A stretch of 37,081 nt of DNA from Candidatus Moranbacteria bacterium CG06_land_8_20_14_3_00_40_12 (GCA_002780175.1 PEVT01000008.1:1-37081), one strand, 5' to 3'. Shown: positions 8,218 through 18,130, counted from the stretch's first letter. Notes: generated from the letters alone by a model not told the origin. Program-made: numbers and translations.

Positions 8218-9170
8218 AAAGAGTTTTAATTTTATTTGGAAAATGCAATTGGACTAAAAGCCGGCCTTTTGATAATCCGGATTATATGTATTCTTATGAA
8301 TATTTTTACGATCTTTGCAGAAAAAATGGAGTGCAAATGTATCGCGCTTCATATCAATGGTATGATTACAAAAAACATATCTTTAAATATGCCTGGATAT
8401 TCCAAAGCAAGGGCGCTAATTGGAAAAGAGTTTATAATATTAAACCGGATTTAATCTACGACAAAACAAAAGCAGGGCTTGAGGTATATCATAAAAAGGA
8501 GTTGGTAGCTAAAAATTATGATTTTATTAATGATTTAAATTTTACTCGAATCATTGATGATAAGTTTATCACTGGCACTCTCTTCAATAAGTGGAGTAAA
8601 AAAAGTTGGTTTATAAAAAATTCACTTGAACTTAAAAAAATTCTTAGATTTTTATCATCAGAAAAAATCGTTATCAAGCCCAATAGCGAAAGCGGGGGAA
8701 ATGACATTCAAATTGTTAATAAGAAAGTAGCCTTAAAAAAGGCAGTCATTGATAGAGAGTATCTGGTCCAAGAATTTATTGATTCTTCCGGAGGTGTTCC
8801 GGGAGTCAGTCATTCTATGCACGATCTACGGCTAGTTTGCGTCAATAAAAAAATTATCTATTGCTATATCCGAGAACCTAAACAGGGAAGCTATTTGGCC
8901 AATCTGGCTCAGGGAGGATCTTTGATTATTGTTCCTATCAAAAAACTACCCGCTTCCTTGCGGCCGATAGTGGCCTATGCTAGTGATATTTTTAAAATTT
9001 TCAATCCCCGGATTTATTCTATCGACTTTATGTTTGATGAAAAAAGAAAACCTTGGATAGTCGAACTAAATTCGATGCCAGGACTTTATTTTACTCCTCA
9101 AGAAAAACCCTATATGGTAAAAATGTATAAAGAACTTATAGAAGTGTTTAAAAAAAGACTTGGTGTATAG
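8214..9170 (+). CDS. Second ATP-grasp ligase (RimK/GshB/YheCD-like)
   Basis: DDK, VIKP..ESGG, LVQEFID, HDLRL, ANLAQGG, SIDF, IVELNSMPG; ATGA overlap with the previous gene. Confidence 0.85.
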   Translation: MKRVLILFGKCNWTKSRPFDNPDYMYSYEYFYDLCRKNGVQMYRASYQWYDYKKHIFKYAWIFQSKGANWKRVYNIKPDLIYDKTKAGLEVYHKKELVAKNYDFINDLNFTRIIDDKFITGTLFNKWSKKSWFIKNSLELKKILRFLSSEKIVIKPNSESGGNDIQIVNKKVALKKAVIDREYLVQEFIDSSGGVPGVSHSMHDLRLVCVNKKIIYCYIREPKQGSYLANLAQGGSLIIVPIKKLPASLRPIVAYASDIFKIFNPRIYSIDFMFDEKRKPWIVELNSMPGLYFTPQEKPYMVKMYKELIEVFKKRLGV

Positions 9171-9172
9171 TT

Positions 9173-9818
9173 ATGCCTAAAAAAAGACATCTAACAAAAA
9201 AAAATTATAAATGCTGATGATTGGGGATTATCGCCTCTTTTTAATAAAGGAATTTTCGAATTGGCCAAGAGAGGCGTTGTTACCAGCACAACCGTAATGA
9301 TTAGAAAAAAATTTATAGAATCCGAAAAGCTTCTTTCTCTTAAAAATATTTCCATTGGACTTCATTTAGATTTATCGGAAAAATCTTCTTTAAAAGAAGT
9401 TGAAAATCAGTTAAAATTATTTGAAAAAAAATTCAAAAAAACTCCCTCCCACTTAGACGGCCACCGGCATTGCCATTTGTCTAAAAATAATCTTCTGCTG
9501 GTTTTAAAAATAGCTAAAAAATATAACTTGCCCATAAGATCTCGATTTCTGAAAGATAGAAAAAAAATAAAGAAATTTTGTTTAAAAACTCCTGGAAGCT
9601 TTATTAGCTGGCACCCCGATCGCCTCTCTATTTTAAAAGAGCGTCTAGCTAAAATAAAAACGGCTGCCGCCGAATTAGTCTGCCATCCGGGTTATTACGA
9701 TAAAAAATCAACCTATCCTTACAATCAAAAAAGGAAAAAAGAATTAAACTTTCTAAAAAGTCGCCAATTTAATATTTTACTAAAAAAATTTAAACCTATT
9801 AATTATAATGAACTTTGA
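9173..9818 (+). pseudogene. YdjC/ChbG-family carbohydrate deacetylase, frameshifted at an A9 tract
   Basis: ATG 9173 reads MPKKRHLTKK and is out of frame. Removing one A from 9196-9204 joins it to IINADDWG...GLHLDL...SHLDGHRH...ELVCHPG. Confidence 0.8.
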
Positions 9819-11134
9819 AGTGCCTCAATTTGAAGCTAAAAAGCCAGATCTAGAATCCTTGGATGATGTTTGGTATGAAAGACTTAAAAATTTGGCTGCT
9901 TTCATGGATTTTGAATATCTGTCAGGCAATAAAGAAGTTAGAGAATTGGAAAAACAAAAATTTTTAAGCAACAAGGTTAAAAACCCAAGCCTTGATTATC
10001 CGGAGATTGAAAAAATGAACTTTGCGCAAAAAGAAAGCGGCCTGCTGGATTTAAAAAAAGATATCCTGCAAAATGAAAGAAATGAGACCTTAAAGCAAGT
10101 TTACCGCTGGAAAATAAACGAAAAATTAGCTGAGCTTCGAATGTTGACTGCAACAAAAAATGGAAACGATCATCGAGTTTCTCATTATTCGAGATTTATC
10201 TATGGAAGTCCGGAAAAAGAAATTTATAATTATACTCTTTCTCAAATTAAAAAAATTGTAGATGAAAAAATTCTAAGTTCTGATTTCGAAATAAAAGCGG
10301 CGGTGGTAAAAATTAAAGAAACTTTACTACAAAATCTATCTTCAGAAACTTCTATTAGCGCCGAGGATTTTAAATCCAAATCAACCATACTAGCAGGGGA
10401 AGAAACTATGTATGGAGCAGAAGAAATAAAAACGGCTTTTGAAGCTGCCCTAGAAAAATACTGCCTTTTCGGCTGGAAAATAGTCATAGAAAAAGAAAAA
10501 ACTGGAGGCATAAGTACGAGCCAAGAAAAAAAAAGAAGTTTCCATTCCAGAAGAAAGAAGACTAAAAAAACTCGATCTTTAATCATTAATTGAACATGAA
10601 ATTGGAACTCACGCATTACAAAGAGAGAATGGGGAGAGGTCAAAATTAAAATTATTAGGCTTGGGATTAGATAGATCCTTAAGAGGCGAGGAGGGAGTTG
10701 CTACCTATCGAGAACAAAGAATTTTGGGGATGGAAGATTTTGCCGGACTAGACGGACATCTGGCAATTTCTTTAGCTTCTGGAATAAATGGTAAAAAAAG
10801 AAATTTTAGAGAGGTTTTTGAAATATTAAAAGCTTTCTATTTCATCTCTTCCAAGAAAGAAAAGTCTGAAGCTTTAAAATCGGCGGTTAATTCGGCCTGG
10901 GATCAATGCGTGAGAACTTTTCGAGGAACAACCTGCCAAACCCCCGGGGCTTGTTTAACTCGGGACATTGTCTATCGGGAAGGAAATATTGGCATCTGGA
11001 ATGTGGCAAAAAATAATCCGGCAGAAATTAAAAGGTTTTCGATTGGTAAATATGATCCCGCTAATCCAAGACATATTTGGATTCTTGAGCAATTGGGCAT
11101 AACAGATTCTGATTTGGATTCGCTTGAGAGATAA
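9808..11134 (+). pseudogene. DUF1704/MATCAP-like zinc carboxypeptidase, disrupted
   Basis: Split into 9808-10593 and 10661-11134. Removing one A from A9 10526-10534 gives EVSIPEERRLKKLDL*SLIEHEIGTHALQRENG...GEEGVA...RTFRG...RDIVYREG. An in-frame TAA remains at 10580-10582. Confidence 0.8.
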
Positions 11135-11165
11135 AATTAATCTCACTCATAATCCTCTTTATTTG

Positions 11166-11174
11166 TGCTATAAT
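11166..11174 (+). promoter_or_regulatory. Extended -10 promoter TGcTATAAT for the PBP gene
   Basis: Perfect TGnTATAAT ending 8 nt before ATG 11183. Confidence 0.65.
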
Positions 11175-11182
11175 AGCTCTAT

Positions 11183-13726
11183 ATGCCCTATTATAACATT
11201 TTTTCACCGCAAAAATCTCCTAATTTAAGCCCTGGAAAACGTCGGGAGTTTAAATTAAACTTCCCTTGGAAAAAAATCGGCAAAATCTTCGGAATTCTTT
11301 TTATCGGCGGTTTTTTGTTTGTCGCCGGAGTTTTTTTATATTTTGCCAAAGATCTGCCCAGCCCCGGAAAAATCAATACTCGTTTTATCGCCGAATCCAC
11401 TAAAATTTACGACCGCACGGGAGATCACATTCTCTATGATATTCACGGGGAAGAGAAAAGAACGCTTATTCCTTTAAATGAAATTCCCGACAGCATCAAA
11501 TACGCCACGATCGTGCTGGAAGATCAGGATTTTTACAACCACTACGGCATAAAATTCTCTTCCATTGTCCGCGCCCTGCTAAAAGATATTTTGCGCCGGG
11601 GAGTGGCTCAAGGCGGATCAACCATCACGCAACAATTCATTAAAAATTCAGTTCTTTCGCCCGAAAGAACGCTCCCGAGAAAAATTAAAGAAGTGATTCT
11701 GTCTTTGGAATTGGAACAAAAATTTTCCAAAGACGAGATTTTGGGCATGTATCTCAATGAAATTCCTTACGGCTCCAACGCTTACGGCGTCGAGGCGGCC
11801 GCCCTCACTTTTTTCGGCAAGCATGCCCGCGAACTAACTCTGGACGAAGCCGCGCTTTTAGCTTCTCTCCCTCAAGCGCCGAGTTTTTATTCGCCTTTCG
11901 GCTCCCATCCGGAAGAATTAAAAACGCGCCAGGAATTCACCTTGAACAAACTGGCTTCTTTAGGCTATATCACCCCGGAAGAGGCGCGAGAAGCTGTGGC
12001 TGTCAATGTTTTAACTAAAATCAATCCGCAGCAGGAAAATATTTCCGCCCCCCATTTCGTGATGTATGTTAAAGAATATCTGGAAAAAAATTACGGCCAA
12101 GCCTTGATTGAAAAAGGCGGCTTGAATGTTTATACCACCCTGGATTGGGAAAAACAACACCTGGCCGAACAAGCCGTGTGGGAAGGCGCGGAAAAAAATA
12201 CCAAGAATTATAACGCATCCAACGCTTCCCTGGTCGCTATGGATCCCAAAAGCGGACAAATTTTGGCGATGGTGGGATCCAAAGATTATTTCGACAAAAC
12301 AATCGACGGTCAGGTTAATGTCGCTATCCGCGAACGCCAGCCCGGTTCTTCTTTCAAGCCCTATGTTTATCTCACCGCTTTTAAAAAAGGCTACACGCCG
12401 GAAACTATCCTCTGGGATGTCGACACGGATTTTGAAACCGGAGCTGATAAAAAATACAATCCCAAAAATTATGATGGAAAAAACCGCGGTCCGCTAAAAA
12501 TGAAAGAGGCGCTGGCCATGTCGCTTAATGTTCCCGCGGTTAAAACTCTTTATTTGGCCGGAATAAAAAATTCCCTGAATACGGCTAAATCCATGGGCAT
12601 AACCTCCTTAACCGATCCTAATCGGGTGGGACTTTCTTTGGTTTTAGGCGGCGGTGAGATAAAATTATTAGACCATGTTAACGCTTTTTCAACTTTAGCG
12701 ACTGGCGGAATCTACCGGGAAAAAACCGCCATTTTAAAAATTCAGAATTCCGCCGGCAATGTTCTGGAAGAATTTAAAGCCAATCCGGGAGAGAGAGTAG
12801 TTGAAGAAAAATACGTGGCCATGCTGGATTACATCCTTTCGACTAATGATTTGCGCAAGCCGGTTTTTGGAGAAAACAGCCCCTTAAAATTTGAAAATCG
12901 CCCGGTTGCCGTTAAAACCGGAACCACGAATGAATGGCGAGATGGCTGGACGGTTGGTTACACGCCCGCCCTAACTGTCGGCGTTTGGGCCGGCAATAAT
13001 GATAATTCCCCCATGGCGCAGGGTGCCGATGGAGTTTTTGTCGCCGCTCCCATTTTTCGCAATTTCATGGATCAAGCCCTGAAAAATTCCAATATAGAAT
13101 CTTTCCCTAAATACGAAAAGGAAGAAACCGGCAAGCCGATACTTGACGGCACGCTGGAAATGAATGAAAAAATCAAGGTTTGCGAGATTTCCGACGACAA
13201 ATATTGTTTGGCCACCGATGCTTGTCCGGAAAGCACGCGCAAGGAAAAAAAGTTTTTTACGGGGCACGATACCCTGTGGTATGTGAAAAAAGACGATCCC
13301 CGCGGAGATACGCCTAAAAATCCGGAAGATGATCCGCAATTTAAAAATTGGGAAAAGGCCGCGCAAAAATGGGCCCAAAAAGAAAAAGATTTTTCTGATT
13401 CTCAAGCGCCAAAAGATGATTGCGAAGAAAGCGATTTCAAGGATTATTTGCCTTCTGTCAAAATTACCCATCCGGATGACGATGAAACCATTACCAGCTC
13501 GCCTTTTTCCATTAAAGCTTCTCTGAAGGCCGGTTACGGGCTTAAAAGCGCCGTATTATACATAAACGGCTCCAAAAAAGATACCCAGGATTCTTCGGAT
13601 TTTAGCTATAGTTATTCCGTGCCGGATAGTCAAAAAAATACTGATCTGGAAATTAAAATAGAAGTTTTGGACAAAAACGGCAATTCTACTTCTTCGTCTA
13701 TAGAAGTCACCACTAATATTCTTTAA
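11183..13726 (+). CDS. Class A penicillin-binding protein (transglycosylase plus transpeptidase, C-terminal Ig-like domain)
   Basis: N-terminal TM; EDQDFYNHYG, GGSTITQQ, RKIKE; transpeptidase motifs SSFK, SLN, KTG. Confidence 0.95.
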   Translation: MPYYNIFSPQKSPNLSPGKRREFKLNFPWKKIGKIFGILFIGGFLFVAGVFLYFAKDLPSPGKINTRFIAESTKIYDRTGDHILYDIHGEEKRTLIPLNEIPDSIKYATIVLEDQDFYNHYGIKFSSIVRALLKDILRRGVAQGGSTITQQFIKNSVLSPERTLPRKIKEVILSLELEQKFSKDEILGMYLNEIPYGSNAYGVEAAALTFFGKHARELTLDEAALLASLPQAPSFYSPFGSHPEELKTRQEFTLNKLASLGYITPEEAREAVAVNVLTKINPQQENISAPHFVMYVKEYLEKNYGQALIEKGGLNVYTTLDWEKQHLAEQAVWEGAEKNTKNYNASNASLVAMDPKSGQILAMVGSKDYFDKTIDGQVNVAIRERQPGSSFKPYVYLTAFKKGYTPETILWDVDTDFETGADKKYNPKNYDGKNRGPLKMKEALAMSLNVPAVKTLYLAGIKNSLNTAKSMGITSLTDPNRVGLSLVLGGGEIKLLDHVNAFSTLATGGIYREKTAILKIQNSAGNVLEEFKANPGERVVEEKYVAMLDYILSTNDLRKPVFGENSPLKFENRPVAVKTGTTNEWRDGWTVGYTPALTVGVWAGNNDNSPMAQGADGVFVAAPIFRNFMDQALKNSNIESFPKYEKEETGKPILDGTLEMNEKIKVCEISDDKYCLATDACPESTRKEKKFFTGHDTLWYVKKDDPRGDTPKNPEDDPQFKNWEKAAQKWAQKEKDFSDSQAPKDDCEESDFKDYLPSVKITHPDDDETITSSPFSIKASLKAGYGLKSAVLYINGSKKDTQDSSDFSYSYSVPDSQKNTDLEIKIEVLDKNGNSTSSSIEVTTNIL

Positions 13727-13742
13727 GAAAGGATTTTTAAAA

Positions 13743-13780
13743 ATGTGTCATCATCCTACGGCCGTAGATTGATGACACAT
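13743..13780. repeat. Minimal TGTCAT...ATGACA hairpin element
   Basis: atgtgtcatca (13743-13753) pairs with tgatgacacat (13770-13780), with an inner ctacg/cgtag stem. Confidence 0.6.
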
Positions 13781-13853
13781 CTAGTTGAAAATTTTATTAC
13801 GTAATTTTTACCCGCTCTTGGAGGGAAATATGTAATCATTATATCGCTATTTC

Positions 13854-13882
13854 AAAACCCGGCATTGAGCCGGGGTTTTTTT
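13854..13882. terminator. Intrinsic terminator, probably bidirectional, between convergent pbp and dciA
   Basis: aaaacccggc-attga-gccggggttttttt. Confidence 0.75.
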
Positions 13883-13890
13883 GGGGGGGG

Positions 13891-14175
13891 TTATTTAAAC
13901 TTAATTTCTTCTATTAAATTCCCGCCCAGCTTTTTGTTGATTTTTTTAATAATCTCTTTTTGCGTCAGTCGCAATTCGGAGGCCCAAGCCGAACTGGTAA
14001 ATTTTACAAAAATAGTTTTCTTTTGAAAATAATCCGGAATTAATTTATGAGCTCCTTGATTGCCGAACTCTTCCCTGATAACCTCGCGAAAAATATAAAA
14101 AGCGGTTTTTTCGTCTAAAACCGTTTTTTTAGGGAAAATATCTTTTTTTTGCAGAAGAACTCTTAGCGACTTCAT
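13891..14175 (-). CDS. dciA: DUF721/DciA-family helicase-loader-like protein
   Basis: 94 aa; IFVKFTSSAWASELRL...IIKKIN...IEEIKF pattern; downstream of dnaA-dnaN. Confidence 0.75.
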   Translation of the reverse strand: MKSLRVLLQKKDIFPKKTVLDEKTAFYIFREVIREEFGNQGAHKLIPDYFQKKTIFVKFTSSAWASELRLTQKEIIKKINKKLGGNLIEEIKFK

Positions 14176-15110
14176 TCTTTTTTCTTTAAATAACTAAAAA
14201 CGCTCTGCGCCGCAATCGCTCCTTCGGCGGCCGCGGTAATGATTTGGCGTAATTTATTGGATCCGGTGGTGATGTCGCCCGCCGCCCAAATTCCTTCGAT
14301 ATTCGTGGCGCCATCCGCGCTTATTTTAATATAGCCGCCTTCATCAACCGCCAAACCCAGATTCTGGATAAAATCCCCATCGGGATCGGCTCCCACTTCG
14401 ACAAAAAGACCGTCTATCAAAATTTCCAGCTGGCCCTTGATTTTTTTATCCAGTTTTATTTTTTCCACTTTTTCTTTTCCGCTAACCGCCAAAATGTTGG
14501 TGTTATAAATTATTTCTATTTTTTTATTTTCTTTTAATTGTTTTTTCCAATATTCTTCGGCGGGAAGTTCCGCTTTTCGATAAATTAAAAATACCTTGCC
14601 GGCCAATTGAGAAAGATGCACGGCGGCTCCGACCGCGCTGTTGCCTCCGCCCGCCACCGCTACGGTTTTATTTTTATAAAAAAATCCGTCGCAAGTGGCG
14701 CAATAAGAAACTCCTTTGCCCGCCAGTTCTTTCTCCCCGGAAATATTCAATTGCCGGCGCTTGGTGCCGGTGGCTAAGATAACGGCTCGGGCTAGAATAT
14801 TTTCTTTTTCCTGGATTTTTATTTCAAAAAGGCGCCGCGCTTTTATTTTTTTAATGGAGATTGCCCTGCCGATGATCATTCGGGGAGAATATTTTTTAGC
14901 ATGCTCTACCATTTTTTGAGAAAGATCGAAGCCGCTTAAGCCGGTTATTCCCGGATAATTGTCTATTTTATGGCTTTCCGAAATTAAGCCGCCCGGAACC
15001 ATTCCGATCACCGCGTGTTTTATTCCGTAGCGAGAGGCGTAAATAGAAGCCGAGAGCCCGGCTGGACCTGTTCCAATTATGGCCAAATCCCAAAATTTAT
15101 TTTCTTCCAT
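14172..15110 (-). CDS. trxB: Thioredoxin-disulfide reductase
   Basis: IIGTGPAG, GVSYCATCDG, GGGNSA, AAGD. Confidence 0.92.
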   Translation of the reverse strand: MEENKFWDLAIIGTGPAGLSASIYASRYGIKHAVIGMVPGGLISESHKIDNYPGITGLSGFDLSQKMVEHAKKYSPRMIIGRAISIKKIKARRLFEIKIQEKENILARAVILATGTKRRQLNISGEKELAGKGVSYCATCDGFFYKNKTVAVAGGGNSAVGAAVHLSQLAGKVFLIYRKAELPAEEYWKKQLKENKKIEIIYNTNILAVSGKEKVEKIKLDKKIKGQLEILIDGLFVEVGADPDGDFIQNLGLAVDEGGYIKISADGATNIEGIWAAGDITTGSNKLRQIITAAAEGAIAAQSVFSYLKKKE

Positions 15111-15181
15111 AAAAATTTTTACCCTGTTTATTTTGTTAAGTTTCCGTGAGCAGGCGTTTAAAATGCTTTTCCGGATGATTT

Positions 15182-16348
15182 TTAGTTTTTAATCGGCATA
15201 ATAATATAAATGTAATCTTCCCCGAGAGTTTCTTTTTCCATATTTACCTCTTTGAGCGCCGCCGGAGAAGAACCGCTGTTGATTAACAGGGCTATTCGCG
15301 GAGTATTTAAGGTGTTCAGGCCTTCCAGGAGATATTTGGAGTTAAAAATAATTTCTTGGGATGGTCCTGTTATTTCCAGCTTAAGCTCCGAGGAGTTTTC
15401 GCCTATTTCCACGCTTCTGGCTTCAAAAACAACTTTTTTTTCATCACTATTTATTTTTATGCCGACTTCTCCCGATCTTCCGGAGGTAAAAACACTGGCC
15501 ATTTTAACAACGCCTTGGATTAATTCTTTTTCTCCCTGAATTGTTGTTTTGAATTCTTTAGGAATAATATTTTTATATTCCGGATATTTTCCATTAATCA
15601 GGCGTGAAACAATTTTAATGCCTTCCAGGTCGAAAAAAATCTGGCTGTTTTCTATGGTTATCTTAATTGCGCCCTCTTCGGCTTCATTTTGAATAATTCG
15701 GGATAATTCCAGAAGCGTGGCGGAAGGAATAATAATATTATTTTTTGATTTAATAAACATTTCATAGGCTTCCTTGTTGATATTTTCATTGTTTAATTTT
15801 AACTGACTTTCAGCTAAACGGAAGCTGTCAGTAGCCGCTAAAAAAAATCCCTGCGGATTTAAAATCATATTAACACCAGTAAGCTCCTGCCGGGTTTCGT
15901 TGTAACCAACGCAGGTAATTATTTTAGTAATGGCTTTTTTAAAAATAAAACTGGGAATGTTAATTAAAAAATCAGAGGTTTTTTGCGGAATTAACGGGAA
16001 ATCATCGGCCGGCAAGCCTTTAATGGTGGCCTTAAAATACCCGCTTTTTATTTTTAAACTTTGATCAACCGCCTCCAGGGTGATATTATTCTCTCCTAAA
16101 GAAGGCAGATTAGCGATAAAATTTCCGATTAATTTGGCGGGGATGGTTATTTTTCCTTCTTTTTCTATTTTAGCGCTGATTTTAATTATTACTCCAATTT
16201 CCAAATTAGTCGCCGAGAGTTTAAATATTCCCTTTTCCGTTTCAAAGAGAATGTTATTTAAAATCGGCAAGGTGTTTTGTTTAGAAACCACTCTTTCTAA
16301 ATTAAAAATAGCCTTCTTGAATTTTTCCCGGGTGCAAATAAGTTTCAT
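15182..16348 (-). CDS. dnaN: DNA polymerase III beta sliding clamp
   Basis: TLPILNNI, ATNLE, ATDSFRL, SRLINGKYPEY, FNSKYL, IMP. Confidence 0.97.
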   Translation of the reverse strand: MKLICTREKFKKAIFNLERVVSKQNTLPILNNILFETEKGIFKLSATNLEIGVIIKISAKIEKEGKITIPAKLIGNFIANLPSLGENNITLEAVDQSLKIKSGYFKATIKGLPADDFPLIPQKTSDFLINIPSFIFKKAITKIITCVGYNETRQELTGVNMILNPQGFFLAATDSFRLAESQLKLNNENINKEAYEMFIKSKNNIIIPSATLLELSRIIQNEAEEGAIKITIENSQIFFDLEGIKIVSRLINGKYPEYKNIIPKEFKTTIQGEKELIQGVVKMASVFTSGRSGEVGIKINSDEKKVVFEARSVEIGENSSELKLEITGPSQEIIFNSKYLLEGLNTLNTPRIALLINSGSSPAALKEVNMEKETLGEDYIYIIMPIKN

Positions 16349-16602
16349 AAATATTAATTACTATTTTATTTAAATATATTTTTTTAATTATTATTTATTA
16401 GTTTTTTGTAAATAGTGGAAAAAAGCAACTAGGGTTTCATTTAAAACAAAAAATAAATAAATAAAGGGGGAATAATATATTTTTTAAAGAGGATTTTTTT
16501 AATAATATATTTTTTAGGAAAATAATTAACCGTTTAAATTTTAAAATGAGAGGGTTTTTGTCAGGGTTATTAAGTTTTTTTAAGAGATTTTTCCACAAAT
16601 TA
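16349..16602. other. Putative oriC/DUE between dnaA and dnaN
   Basis: Very AT-rich. DnaA-box-like TTTTCCACA at 16589-16597 and agtggaaaa at 16414-16422; 16-bp direct repeat at 16471-16486 and 16501-16516; TAA trio-like repeats on the - strand. Confidence 0.65.
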
Positions 16603-17979
16603 TCAACCAAGAGAATATAATTGTTTCTTTAAAATATCCATTTCTTTTATGAGTTTTTCGTTAAAAGTCAATTCTTTTTTTATTTTTTCAAAAGCGTAAA
16701 TAGCCGTAGTGTGATCTTTCCCTCCCAGACGCTCTCCGATTCCCGGATAAGAATAATTAAGCTCGCTTCTCATTAAATACATAACGATTTGGCGCGGCCG
16801 GACAATCTCTCTCTTGCGAATTTTTATCAATAAATCATCCGGCTTGATTTCATAAAAATCCGAAACAATCTTAATGATGTGCTTGTAAGTAATACTCCCC
16901 CTTTTACTGCTGGAAACTATTTCTGAAAGAAGCGCTGAAACGAATTTCAGGGTAATTTTTTCTTGAGTAAGCTGGGCGGAAGCGGAAACGCGATTTAGGG
17001 CTCCTTCTAACTCGCGGATATTGCTGGTAATATTGGAAGCGATAAATTCTAACGCCTCGTCTTCTATAATTAATCCTTCATTTAAAGCTTTTTTTCTTAA
17101 AATAGCCATGCGGGTTTCAAAATCAGCTTGGCCGATATCAGCAATCATCCCGCCTTCAAAACGGGAACGCAACCTTTCTTCCAAAGTGGGAATGGCCTTG
17201 GGCGGGCAATCACTGCTTAAAACAATCTGTTTGTTCAGCTGATAAAGAAAATTAAAGATATGGAAAAATTCTTCCTGGGTTTTCTCTTTTCCGGAAAGAA
17301 ACTGAATATCGTCAATGATTAGCAGATCAATTTTTTGATAAAGATCCTTAAACTCGCTCACCCTTTGATTTTTTATGGATTCAATTAAATCGCCGGTGAA
17401 TCTTTCCGAGGAAGTGTATCTTATTTTACAGTCCGGGTCTTTTTTAAACACTTCATTGCCGATAGATTGCAAGAGATGGGTTTTTCCCAGACCCACTCCT
17501 CCATAAATAAAAAGCGGGTTATAAATTTTTCCCAAGTTTTGGGAAACCACGTAGCAAGCGGCCCTGGCCAATTCGTTGCTTCCTCCGACGATAAAATTTT
17601 CAAAAGTGTATTTAGGATTAAGATTGTTTTTTTGATTGATGTCGAAATCTTTTAAAACGGTTTTTTGGGGAGACGGGACTTTGGGAGGAGGTAAAATAGC
17701 GTCTAATTTGTTTTCTTTAAAGCTGTTTTGATAGTTAGTAACAATAGAACAAGAAACTTCTTTGACATCGCTCTGAATATTGCGGAGCGCTCTAAGAATA
17801 TAGAGCTTATATTTGTTTTCCAGCCATTCTTTGGCAAAACCATTGGGAACTCCAATAAAAACCTTCCCGTCTTTATTGGATAAGATGGAAGTATTTTTAA
17901 ACCAAGTGATAAAATTAGCCTTAGAAATAGAAAGCTCTATTTCTCCCAGAACCGCTTGCCAAAGTTCTTCATTAGTCAT
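16603..17979 (-). CDS. dnaA: Chromosomal replication initiator DnaA
   Basis: LNPKYTFENF, NPLFIYGGVGLGKTHL, IDDIQF, RLRSRF, NIRELEGAL, RQIVMYL, DHTT. Confidence 0.99.
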   Translation of the reverse strand: MTNEELWQAVLGEIELSISKANFITWFKNTSILSNKDGKVFIGVPNGFAKEWLENKYKLYILRALRNIQSDVKEVSCSIVTNYQNSFKENKLDAILPPPKVPSPQKTVLKDFDINQKNNLNPKYTFENFIVGGSNELARAACYVVSQNLGKIYNPLFIYGGVGLGKTHLLQSIGNEVFKKDPDCKIRYTSSERFTGDLIESIKNQRVSEFKDLYQKIDLLIIDDIQFLSGKEKTQEEFFHIFNFLYQLNKQIVLSSDCPPKAIPTLEERLRSRFEGGMIADIGQADFETRMAILRKKALNEGLIIEDEALEFIASNITSNIRELEGALNRVSASAQLTQEKITLKFVSALLSEIVSSSKRGSITYKHIIKIVSDFYEIKPDDLLIKIRKREIVRPRQIVMYLMRSELNYSYPGIGERLGGKDHTTAIYAFEKIKKELTFNEKLIKEMDILKKQLYSLG

Positions 17980-18015
17980 ATGCGTTTTGTTTGAACCCCC
18001 TTTTACTGTTTAAGA

Positions 18016-18073
18016 AGTATAGCATAAAAAATAATTCACAGTCTAGAATGATTGGGGATAAAAATGTGGATAA
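18016..18073 (-). promoter_or_regulatory. dnaA promoter with a DnaA-box cluster
   Basis: TGcTATACT on the - strand at 18016-18024. Boxes: taattcaca 18032-18040, tggggataa 18053-18061, perfect TGTGGATAA 18065-18073. Confidence 0.7.
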
Positions 18074-18130
18074 ACTGTTTATTAAAAACAAAAAAACCAT
18101 TCTAAGTGTCTTTAAAAATCAAATTTTTAA

